A stretch of 64,000 nucleotides of DNA, from contig OY769938.1 in NCBI GenBank assembly GCA_963669295.1, positions 1,890,278 to 1,954,277 on the forward strand, written 5' to 3'. The position numbers and the translations under genes were made by a program. The stretch comes from Flavobacteriales bacterium. Lineage in GTDB: Bacteria > Bacteroidota > Bacteroidia > Flavobacteriales_D > CALLUQ01. Shown piece after piece: positions 18,377 to 26,941 of this stretch; position 1 is the first letter of the stretch; every line of letters starts with the position of its first letter. Below the pieces are notes generated by a model. That model was not told the DNA's origin. It was given only the letters and a program-made list of their open reading frames with translations, and ran no database searches.

Positions 18377-18898
18377 ATGGTTGGGTTATTTAGTTATATT
18401 GTTAACAGCACTTTGCATAAACGCCTTAATAATTCCGTTATGGACAATAGTTTTTTGAAAATGAGTGATGGCTCTAAAGTGCTTTTGGAGCAATACGTAC
18501 CGAAAGTGGTAAATACCAACCCCGAAGTAGAGGTTTACATTGGCTGCGACAGCCAAAATCATGGCAAGACCACCGTTTACGTTTCAACAGTACTTTTTCG
18601 TTACAAAAACAACGGTGCTCATGTTATTTACTTAAAAGAAAAAGTAGAGCGTATTTACGATATGTGGGCCCGCTTGTGGGCCGAATTAGAGCGATCAGTT
18701 AAATTAGCCTTATTCCTACAAAACACCTGTGGAATTAACATCAAGCAAATTGACATGGATTACAATCAGGATCCTGACTATCCCTCCAGCAAGTTGTATA
18801 AAGCGGCTTCCGGTTATGCAGAGTCGATGGGTTTTGATGCCAGAGCCAAACCCGAACTACTAATGGCAACCTGGGCCGCTAACGTATTGTGTCATTAA
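18377..18898 (+). CDS. YkuK (DUF458)-like, RNase H-fold family protein
   Basis: 173 aa. 'VYIGCDSQ..GKTTVYVSTVLF' matches the 'IGTDSQ' core of YkuK-type proteins. The true start may be an internal Met (MDNS.. or MSDG..). Confidence 0.6.
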   Translation: MVGLFSYIVNSTLHKRLNNSVMDNSFLKMSDGSKVLLEQYVPKVVNTNPEVEVYIGCDSQNHGKTTVYVSTVLFRYKNNGAHVIYLKEKVERIYDMWARLWAELERSVKLALFLQNTCGINIKQIDMDYNQDPDYPSSKLYKAASGYAESMGFDARAKPELLMATWAANVLCH

Positions 18899-18926
18899 AA
18901 CGAATCGCTGATTTACATTCTTTAAA

Positions 18927-21032
18927 TTATACCTTCACACCTACAACGCATATGTCATCTATTTGCTCTAAGTCTCCCATCCAATTGGTAATAGTTTGAT
19001 GTAATTGTTGATGTTGTTCCACGGATGATCGCGTACATATGGACAGCAGTAAGTCGCGAAACTGGTTGTATTTAAACTTTTTTCCTCCTGGACCACCAAA
19101 CTGGTCAGGGTACCCATCAGAAAAAGTGTAAATCATGTCTCCCTCCTTCAGGTCAAATTGTTTTTCAGTATAAGGTTTTAGTTCATCTCCCCAAAAGCCA
19201 CCGATGGCAAAATGGTTCCCTTTTAGTTCATGCAATGTATTGTCGCGAATGATGTATACCGGGTTGTTTGCCCCAGCAAAATGCAGCTTTTTTGTCTCCA
19301 GGTCAATGGTACAAAAAGCAATGTCCATTCCGTCCCGAACTGTAGAATTTTCGTAATCCTGTTGCAGTGTTTCATGCACATAGCGATTCAGTTGGTTCAA
19401 AATATTAGCTGGCGCCTGCAAGTTCATTTCATTGATCGCTTTATTGATGCCACTATGCCCGATAATACTCATAATAGCACCCGGAACTCCGTGCCCTGTA
19501 CAATCGGCCAATGCAAAAAACAGCTTGTTTCCTTTTTGCTCCACCCAATAAAAGTCCCCGCTTATAATATCTTTCGGTTGGTAGTAAATAACATGCTCCT
19601 TAAATACTTTTTGCATCAACTCTTTATTCGGCAAAAGTGCATCCTGGATATGTTTAGCATATTTAATTGAATCGGTAATGTCTTTGTTTTTTTCCTCAAT
19701 GATCTTCTTTTGCTCTTCCAGCACTAAATTGGCTTTTTGCTTGATCTTGAAATTGCGGAAAAAAGCAAAAGCCAACAATACCATTAGTGCGAAGCCAACA
19801 AAAAATGAGTTGCGCAATAGCTTTTGGCGTTTAATTGCTGCAGCATGTTCTAGTTCGGTTTGTTGTGTTTCAAACTCCGTTTCTTTTTGCTGCTTATCAA
19901 ATGCATACTGCATTTCCAATTCTGTTAATTTCCGTGTATTGGCCTCGTTATCTAAGCTGTCAAACATTTGTTTGTACAGTTTATGGTGCCTGTAGGCCTC
20001 TTTGTAATCAGTATGTTGCGCATATATTTCGCTCAACTCTTTGGCTGCATCACGTACCAACTCTGTAGAACCAATTTCATCAGATAGCGTTAATCCGGTT
20101 TGCAAATAACCAATGGCCTCTTCCCCTTTCCCCAGGTAGTTCAAGGTAATGCCAAGGTTATTGTTAGAAAGCGCAATGCCATACTTATCTCCTGTTTCTT
20201 CGGCCATTTGAAGACTACTGGTGAACTTATCAAGAGCCAGTTGATGCTCGCCCGTACGGTTGTATACTGTACCTATATTTACACTAGCTCTTAAGGCACC
20301 ATACTTATAACCATACTCATTGTTCAAGTTCAGTCCTTTGAAATAGTATTGCAATGCTTGTTGGTAGTTTCCCTGGTTGTCATATACATTGCCAATGTTA
20401 TTGTAAGAGCCTGCCTCTCCGCGTGTATCCCCAATTTCTTTCCGCAACTTTAAGCTCTTGAAATAATACTTCAATGCTTCTTCATGGTGTTGTTGATTGG
20501 CATTAATGATTCCAATGTTATTATAAGCCAATGCCATGCCCTTTTTATTGTCGATTTGCTCCGCTATTTCAAGGCTTTTAAAATAGTATTCAAGGGCCAA
20601 CGTATGATTGCCTTGATTCTTATGGATAAGTCCAATGTTATTGTATGCTCCAGAAATACCTCGCTTATCGTCAATTTCCTCTTTTATTGCCAGGCTTTTA
20701 AAATAGTACTCCAGGGCTTCTTCGTAATTGCCTTGAATATCGTTGATGACCCCAATGCTATTGTAGGACCGAGCCACCTCTTTCTTAAATCCAATGTGAT
20801 TGCCCAGCGTTAATGCATCATTAGCATAATTGGTCGCCATTTCGGGATCAGCATACCAATATTGTACGCTTAGCTTGTTTAACGCTTTAACCTTCGACGT
20901 ATCAGCACTATTTGAATTAACCACACGAATCAGACTGTCGACAATAGCCTGATTTTGAGCATTAGTAGTAAAATGAATCGCAACAAGTAGTAGTAACGTC
21001 AGAAGATAACTGGTCATCTTCAACGATTTCAT
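18927..21032 (-). CDS. TPR-repeat sensor fused to a PP2C/SpoIIE-type serine phosphatase
   Basis: Signal/TM segment, about 8 TPRs ('A..YY.KSL'), a TM segment and coiled coil, then 'SGDFYW', 'DCTGHGVPGA', 'SDGYPDQFGG'. The track ORF starts at TTG 21068; ATG 21030-21032 (MKSLKM) is preferred. Confidence 0.88.
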   Translation of the reverse strand: MKSLKMTSYLLTLLLLVAIHFTTNAQNQAIVDSLIRVVNSNSADTSKVKALNKLSVQYWYADPEMATNYANDALTLGNHIGFKKEVARSYNSIGVINDIQGNYEEALEYYFKSLAIKEEIDDKRGISGAYNNIGLIHKNQGNHTLALEYYFKSLEIAEQIDNKKGMALAYNNIGIINANQQHHEEALKYYFKSLKLRKEIGDTRGEAGSYNNIGNVYDNQGNYQQALQYYFKGLNLNNEYGYKYGALRASVNIGTVYNRTGEHQLALDKFTSSLQMAEETGDKYGIALSNNNLGITLNYLGKGEEAIGYLQTGLTLSDEIGSTELVRDAAKELSEIYAQHTDYKEAYRHHKLYKQMFDSLDNEANTRKLTELEMQYAFDKQQKETEFETQQTELEHAAAIKRQKLLRNSFFVGFALMVLLAFAFFRNFKIKQKANLVLEEQKKIIEEKNKDITDSIKYAKHIQDALLPNKELMQKVFKEHVIYYQPKDIISGDFYWVEQKGNKLFFALADCTGHGVPGAIMSIIGHSGINKAINEMNLQAPANILNQLNRYVHETLQQDYENSTVRDGMDIAFCTIDLETKKLHFAGANNPVYIIRDNTLHELKGNHFAIGGFWGDELKPYTEKQFDLKEGDMIYTFSDGYPDQFGGPGGKKFKYNQFRDLLLSICTRSSVEQHQQLHQTITNWMGDLEQIDDICVVGVKV

Positions 21033-21202
21033 GCCGATAAAATAAGCATTATTGTTCAAATTAAACAATCACCTCTTGTGCTATATTCGAATTCTAGTTG
21101 CGTATTTTCCTGGAAATCAACACCATGCCATTTGCACAACTTCTTTTTAAGACCACCAACACAAAACAAGGAGGAGTCTTTTCTCTCACCCAACCATGCC
21201 AC

Positions 21203-21271
21203 TTTGTCGTTATTTTTTTCGGGAAGCTGTCATTTTGTCGTTTTCACCTACTTATTCAAGCCTATTTGTCG
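21203..21271 (+). promoter_or_regulatory. Three exact TTTGTCG heptamers at 31-bp spacing in a divergent promoter region
   Basis: TTTGTCG lies at 21203-21209, 21234-21240 and 21265-21271, which is 80-147 bp upstream of the hsp20 ATG. Confidence 0.3.
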
Positions 21272-21349
21272 CAAAATGGCCAATGGCATCAGATTTGACC
21301 TAACGAAAACAACAATTGACCATTAATTATAAACTTAAAATAACGAATT

Positions 21350-21784
21350 ATGGCTTTAGTAAAGTATCGAACCAATGGACTCAACAAAGGATTCAACACC
21401 TTCTTTGATGAGTTCTTCAACAAAGACATTAACCATTTCGTAGGCAACGATTCTATTAAAAAAATGCCTTCTGTAAACATCATTGAAAATGATCGTGGGT
21501 TTACCATCGAGGTTGCTGCCCCCGGGTTCAACAAAGAAGATTTTAATGCCCAGGTAGACGATAACGTGTTAACCATTTCTGCAGAAGTGAAGCAAGAAAA
21601 TGCTGAAAAAGCACACTATAACCGGCGTGAGTTTCATTATGCTTCTTTCAATAGATCATTCAACCTGCCCGACAATGTGCAGGCCAATAAAATTAGTGCG
21701 AGTTACAACAATGGGATTTTAAGTGTAAACATTCCCAAAACAAAGGAACCAGATAAGTTGGTGAAAAAAGTGAAGATTGAGTAA
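21350..21784 (+). CDS. Hsp20/alpha-crystallin small heat-shock protein
   Basis: 144 aa with an alpha-crystallin domain ('F.IEVAAPGF.KEDF', 'NGILSVNIPK'). Confidence 0.93.
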   Translation: MALVKYRTNGLNKGFNTFFDEFFNKDINHFVGNDSIKKMPSVNIIENDRGFTIEVAAPGFNKEDFNAQVDDNVLTISAEVKQENAEKAHYNRREFHYASFNRSFNLPDNVQANKISASYNNGILSVNIPKTKEPDKLVKKVKIE

Positions 21785-21806
21785 GTTTCTTTCATGATGT
21801 GTGTGG

Positions 21807-21837
21807 CAAAGGGGGGAGGAATCCCTCCTTTGTTTTT
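21807..21837 (+). terminator. Probable rho-independent terminator
   Basis: GGAGG-AATC-CCTCC core hairpin with flanking G:U extension, then a T5 run, 23 nt after the hsp20 stop. Confidence 0.5.
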
Positions 21838-21991
21838 AAGGCCTGCAGCCTGTTTCAGCTCTTTTTGCAATTTGCTTAATTAAAGTTATTTTTCTATTAT
21901 TATCCGTGCTTAACACCTAGCACGTAAGGGTAGTAATGGAATATTACTTACTTTTGTCTTTCAATTTTGAAACTTATCTAACAACGTTGAT

Positions 21992-22822
21992 ATGAGCAGT
22001 AAAAAAATTCTGGTTCCTACCGATTTTACTAAGGTTGCGGAATCTGCTATTAATCACGCCCTTGAGATTGCAGAAACCATCAATGGCGAGGTTTTTCTCT
22101 TGCATGTAATTGCCAAGCAAAGCGAAGTGCATGATGCCAAAGCAAAGCTAGAAGAAGAAGCCGAACGAGCAAGAAAAATTAGCAACATCCCTATTCATAC
22201 CACCGTGCGCATCGGAAATATTTTCGACGACATTGGTGATGCCGCAAGTGAACTGGATGCAGAGTTGATTTTGATGGGAACACACGGCATGAAAGGGCTA
22301 CAGTTTATTACTGGAAGCCATGCGTTAAAAGTAATAACACACTCCGTGGTTCCCTTTATTGTTGTGCAAGAAGGAGGTGGGGTTGCCCATGGCTATAACA
22401 ACATTGTTGTTCCCCTGGATTTATCGAAAGAAACAAAGCAAAAGCTAGAGTTAGCAGCTAACATGGCCAAGTATTTTAACTCAAAAATCCATTTGATTAC
22501 CCCGAAAGAAACGGATGAGTTTTTACACAATCAGTTAGACCGCAACCTGCACTACGCTGAAAACTATATGGCCGAGCATGGAATTAACTTTACTGCTACC
22601 ATTGGTGAAGAAAAAAGTGGCAATTTTTACAAAGAAATTATCCGGTTTGCGAAAGATAAAAATGCTGATTTAATAACCATCATGAACCTTGGAGGAGCAA
22701 GTCTTATGGGCATGTTGGGCAGTTCATACGAGCAAAACATGATCACAAATGAAGAAAAAATTCCGGTGATGTGTGTAAATCCTGTTACAACAACAGTAGG
22801 AGGAAGCGTTTTGTTTTCGTAA
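21992..22822 (+). CDS. Universal stress protein, tandem Usp domains
   Basis: 276 aa with 'ILVPTDFT', 'LLHV' and 'GTHGMKG' in domain 1, and a second Usp-like half. Confidence 0.9.
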   Translation: MSSKKILVPTDFTKVAESAINHALEIAETINGEVFLLHVIAKQSEVHDAKAKLEEEAERARKISNIPIHTTVRIGNIFDDIGDAASELDAELILMGTHGMKGLQFITGSHALKVITHSVVPFIVVQEGGGVAHGYNNIVVPLDLSKETKQKLELAANMAKYFNSKIHLITPKETDEFLHNQLDRNLHYAENYMAEHGINFTATIGEEKSGNFYKEIIRFAKDKNADLITIMNLGGASLMGMLGSSYEQNMITNEEKIPVMCVNPVTTTVGGSVLFS

Positions 22823-22854
22823 CTTTGGCAACCGATTGCAAAAACCATATAAGG

Positions 22855-22891
22855 ACCCGTTGTTTCTTTTGTTAGAGCAGCGGGTTTTTTT
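22855..22891 (+). terminator. Rho-independent terminator between convergent genes
   Basis: ACCCGTTG...CAGCGGGT hairpin followed by a T7 run. The T run overlaps the stop codon of the minus-strand cyclase gene. Confidence 0.6.
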
Positions 22892-25800
22892 ATTCATCTA
22901 CATAACTTCCTGTAGCAAGCCGTTGTTTCACTTCTTCAAGGTGTTGCAACTTTTTTTCTTTTCGAGTAGCAATTGCTGTTTTAGTATGGTATCGATGCAT
23001 GGTTAAAAACTTCACCTGAATTTCGTCCCATTGCCGTGTTGATTTAATAACACCAAAATCCATCAACTCATGTTTTAAGTTTTCTGCGATCTCGTGGAAA
23101 TCATCACGACCAAGGTAATCAAGATCCGCATCACAAATAATCTGTTGCAGATGAGAGGTTGGCTCGTGCGGTACTTTTGTTGCATGAATAAGCCCTGCCA
23201 CTATTTCTACCTGTTCGTCTGTATACCCAAAACGAGGAAGTGCTGCACGAGCCATTTCAGCGCCAATGGGCTCATTGTTCTGGTATTGTTTTATGAACCC
23301 TGCATCGTGGTATAGCGCAGCAGTTTTAAGAAGGTACATGTCTTCTCCCTTGATGCCCTCGTGAAAAGCAATTCGCTCTGCGGCCTTACACACGTCCCAT
23401 GTATGATCGATGCAGTGGTAGTATAAACTGGGAGAAAGCCCTTTTTTTAGGGTTTTCATGATGTACTTCTCCGCATTTCGATAGTTAATGTTGCTATACA
23501 ACATCAAATTCACATACTCATGAAATAGGTCATTTGGCTCAACGCCATCTCCGTTAATCGATAACTCAGGTTTAATTCGATCAACAAAATACATGTCTAC
23601 TTCCCCTTTGTTTTTCGCAGGAATCTTACCCCGGTAAGTACATTCAAACAGCGGCTCTATTTCTTTATAGGTTTTCCCCGATACATTTACTTTTCCGGGT
23701 TCACCACTTTGCTCCATTCTACTGGCCACATTTACCGCATCTCCCCAAATGTCGTAGGCAAACCGTTTAATGCCAATTACCCCTGCAATGAGTTCTCCAG
23801 TATGTATTCCCATGCGTATTTCCCAGGGCTCTGACTCCCTCCCCGATTCGGCAACAGCCTTCATGTGTCGTTGTATCTCAAGTCCTGCTAAAACCATGTC
23901 GATAGGGTTACTTTTACTTCGAATAGGCACCCCACCGGCACACATATAGGCATCGCCAATCGTTTTTATCTTTTCGATGTCATATTTCTCAATGATCTCA
24001 TCAAATTCAATGAAGTAGCGATCAAGCTTGGCTACAATTTCTTTCGGACGTAAGGTTTCTGAAATTTTAGTAAATCCTTTTACATCGGTAAACATTACAG
24101 ATACTTTCCTATAATGGCGTGCGGAAGCCTTGCCCTGTGCTTTAAGCTCATCTACCGTTTCAGCAGGTAAAATATTGAGCAGTAATTTCTCTGCCTTCTC
24201 CTTTTCCTCTTCAATAACCAGTTTTTGCGATTCAATCTTTTCTTTCTGATTCAATACCTCCTTGGTTCGCTCTTGCACTAATATTTCCAGTTTTTCTTTT
24301 TGCGCTTTAATGTTTCTAATTCTTGAGCGTACTCCCAGGTATACCACCTCCATGATGGATAGAATAACCAATATTCTAAACCACCAGGTTTCCCAAAAAG
24401 GAGGTGTAACGATAATCCGCAAAGTGGCAGGCTCTTGCGACCATATACCATCGCTGTTAGAAGCGAGTACCTTAAATACATACTCTCCTGGATCCAGGTT
24501 GGTATAATGTGCTTTGCGCTCACTACCTACTACCTGCATCTGCTCTTCGCCCGAGTTCTCGAGCATGTATTTGTATTGGTTTTTGCTGGAGTACGAGTAA
24601 TGCAAGGCTGCAAACTCAATGGTAATGTTGTTTTGGGTATAGTCCAAAACAATTTCTTCTGTTACTGAAATATGTTGCGACAAAGGAGAGTTTTCGCCAA
24701 TGGGAACTGCCCGGTTAAATAATTTAAAGTCAGTAAACACCACCTGAGGGTGGTTTTCGTTGCGACGGATGGAGCGAGGGTTGAAGAGGTTAAAACCATT
24801 AATGCCCCCAAAGTACAAATCACCACTTTGATTTTTGAAATAAGCCCCAATGTTAAACTCATTGCTTTGTAAACCATCGTTTTCAGCATAATTCTTAAAT
24901 GTCTGCGCTTCGATGTTAAACTTCGACAACCCTCGGTTGGTACTCAACCAAAGATTACCATCATCATCGCCCAGCACGCCATACACCACATTGTTCGAAA
25001 GTCCATCTAACTCTGTAAATGCCTCAAAACGACCTGTTTTCGGGTCAAACTTATTTAGCCCTCCACCATAAGTGCCCAACCATAATATTCCATCATCTCC
25101 TTCCCATATCGAAAGAATAGAGTTGTTGTTAATGCTACTGGAGTCTTTTGCATTAGCAACAAATTTTTTGAATATCATTAGTGGTGTATTATCGCCTACA
25201 TCCTTTGCCAGGTTTAGTCCTCCACCATCTGTGCCAATCCAAAGTTTACCCTCTTTGCTTTGATGAATAGAGCGCACAATATTGTTGCCCAATCCAATGC
25301 TCTCGCCCAATCTTCCGGTATCTACAGCATTGTTTTGAAAGAACTCAAATGCAAGGGTATTCATGTTTACCACCCCCAACCCTTCCCTGGTGCCTACCCA
25401 AAGGTTGCCAAGATTATCTTCACACAAGGCATATACTCTATTATTGCTTAACGTACTGGTATCTACCCTATAATCCACCTTGGTAAATTCGGCAGAGGTC
25501 AAGTCTTCACTCACCTGCATTTGAAACAATCCATCAACCATTCCCAACCATATTTGACCTGACTTATCGTGATAGATAGAAAGAACACTGTTGTCGTTTA
25601 AGCTATTAAGATTGTTCGTTTTACGACTGTAATGGTGATATTCATTGTTTGAGCGATCTATGCGTGTAACACCTTGCCGGGTACCCACCCAGATGATTTT
25701 CTCCTCATCTTCAAAGATAGCCCATACATTAGGGTGGTTCAAGCTTGCTGAATCGTTCTCAATAGCATTAATATGGGCAAACCCTTGTTTAACAGGATCA

Positions 25801-26855
25801 AACTTACTGATGCCGTTATTGGTTCCTACCCAAATAGAACCCGACCGATCCTCAACAATGGTAAACACTCGATTATTAATGAGGCTGTACGGCAAGAAGT
25901 CGTTGTGGTTGTATCGATAAAATACCGAGCTGTTTTGACGTATCTCCAGTTTATTTAAGCCACCACCCGGAGAGCCTGCCCAAACGGTTCCTCTGCTGTC
26001 TACAAATACTGCGTCAATCGTATTGTCACTTAAACTATAGGGGTTATTTTCAAGGCTGTAGTATCGTGAGAAAGTATAGGTGCCTTCGTTGATTTCTAAT
26101 TTATTTAGTCCCTCGCTAGTGCCTATCCAAAGGTTTCCCAATAGATCTTCATCGATAGAGTAAACCAAATCATTGCTTATGCTGGTGAAGTTTTCTTCAT
26201 TGTATTTAAACGTAACAAATTCCTGTTTTTCAGGATTAAACAAACACAGTCCTCCTCCCAGAGTACCCACCCATAACCGGTTTCTGGAATCAAGAAACAA
26301 GCTGCGTACATTGTTGTTAGGTAATTTAGCCGGGCGTGTTAATGTTGAATAACGTGTAAACTCTCCTGTGGCAAAATCCATACGATTCAACCCTTTGCTC
26401 TCTGTACCTACCCACAAGCTACTATCTGCTCCTTCACAAATCGACCAAACAAAGCTTTCGCTAATGCTCTTAGGGTTTTTGGGATCGTGTAAATATCGGG
26501 TAAATGTCTCCGTTGTTTTATCAAAGCGGTTAAGGCCAGCCTCCGTGCCCACCCATATTTCTCCACTGGAGCTTTCGTAAATAGTATTGATGTAATTATT
26601 GGAAACTGTTGTTGTGTCTCCAGCTACGCTTTTGTACACCGTAAAAGTATATCCATCAAATTTATTTAGCCCATCCTGTGTGCCAATCCACATAAACCCC
26701 TGTCGGTCTTGTATAATGCAGGTAACAAAGCTTTGAGACAAGCCGTTTCTAATGGAAATGTTCTCAAATTTGATTTCATTCTTTTGCGCCTGAGTCTGCA
26801 TTGATCCAACAATCAAAAACAAAAACATCAGAGTTATTTGTAGAAGCTGTTTCAT
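22890..26855 (-). CDS. Periplasmic double beta-propeller (Reg_prop) / Y_Y_Y sensor fused to a class III adenylate/guanylate cyclase and a C-terminal HD domain
   Basis: 1321 aa with a signal peptide and about 14 'W.GT..GL..F' propeller blades. It has a Y_Y_Y region ('YKYMLEN..', 'PGEYVFKV'), a TM segment (WWFRILVILSIM) and a coiled coil. The cyclase core is 'VSVMFTDVKGFT', 'KTIGDAYM' and 'DIWGDAVNVASRME'; the HD region is 'HTWDV..LYHDAGF..DADLDYLG'. Confidence 0.9.
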   Translation of the reverse strand: MKQLLQITLMFLFLIVGSMQTQAQKNEIKFENISIRNGLSQSFVTCIIQDRQGFMWIGTQDGLNKFDGYTFTVYKSVAGDTTTVSNNYINTIYESSSGEIWVGTEAGLNRFDKTTETFTRYLHDPKNPKSISESFVWSICEGADSSLWVGTESKGLNRMDFATGEFTRYSTLTRPAKLPNNNVRSLFLDSRNRLWVGTLGGGLCLFNPEKQEFVTFKYNEENFTSISNDLVYSIDEDLLGNLWIGTSEGLNKLEINEGTYTFSRYYSLENNPYSLSDNTIDAVFVDSRGTVWAGSPGGGLNKLEIRQNSSVFYRYNHNDFLPYSLINNRVFTIVEDRSGSIWVGTNNGISKFDPVKQGFAHINAIENDSASLNHPNVWAIFEDEEKIIWVGTRQGVTRIDRSNNEYHHYSRKTNNLNSLNDNSVLSIYHDKSGQIWLGMVDGLFQMQVSEDLTSAEFTKVDYRVDTSTLSNNRVYALCEDNLGNLWVGTREGLGVVNMNTLAFEFFQNNAVDTGRLGESIGLGNNIVRSIHQSKEGKLWIGTDGGGLNLAKDVGDNTPLMIFKKFVANAKDSSSINNNSILSIWEGDDGILWLGTYGGGLNKFDPKTGRFEAFTELDGLSNNVVYGVLGDDDGNLWLSTNRGLSKFNIEAQTFKNYAENDGLQSNEFNIGAYFKNQSGDLYFGGINGFNLFNPRSIRRNENHPQVVFTDFKLFNRAVPIGENSPLSQHISVTEEIVLDYTQNNITIEFAALHYSYSSKNQYKYMLENSGEEQMQVVGSERKAHYTNLDPGEYVFKVLASNSDGIWSQEPATLRIIVTPPFWETWWFRILVILSIMEVVYLGVRSRIRNIKAQKEKLEILVQERTKEVLNQKEKIESQKLVIEEEKEKAEKLLLNILPAETVDELKAQGKASARHYRKVSVMFTDVKGFTKISETLRPKEIVAKLDRYFIEFDEIIEKYDIEKIKTIGDAYMCAGGVPIRSKSNPIDMVLAGLEIQRHMKAVAESGRESEPWEIRMGIHTGELIAGVIGIKRFAYDIWGDAVNVASRMEQSGEPGKVNVSGKTYKEIEPLFECTYRGKIPAKNKGEVDMYFVDRIKPELSINGDGVEPNDLFHEYVNLMLYSNINYRNAEKYIMKTLKKGLSPSLYYHCIDHTWDVCKAAERIAFHEGIKGEDMYLLKTAALYHDAGFIKQYQNNEPIGAEMARAALPRFGYTDEQVEIVAGLIHATKVPHEPTSHLQQIICDADLDYLGRDDFHEIAENLKHELMDFGVIKSTRQWDEIQVKFLTMHRYHTKTAIATRKEKKLQHLEEVKQRLATGSYVDE

Positions 26856-26873
26856 GTGCAGCAGCGGTTCCCA

Positions 26874-26912
26874 TTAAAAATGCGAAAGCCTTGATATGAT
26901 TCAAGGCTTCGC
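26874..26912 (-). terminator. Rho-independent terminator of the flotillin operon
   Basis: GCGAAGCCTTGA/TCAAGGCTTTCGC hairpin followed on the minus strand by a T-rich run, 30 nt after the stop at 26942. Confidence 0.65.
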
Positions 26913-26941
26913 AAAGGTATGTAAATTAAGAAAATTGCCGT

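Noticed and set aside
21078-21326. 82-aa and 66-aa ORFs in the region upstream of hsp20
   Set aside because: They occupy a divergent promoter region, begin with non-ATG or weak-context starts and are low-complexity. The TTTGTCG periodicity explains the region better as regulatory DNA.
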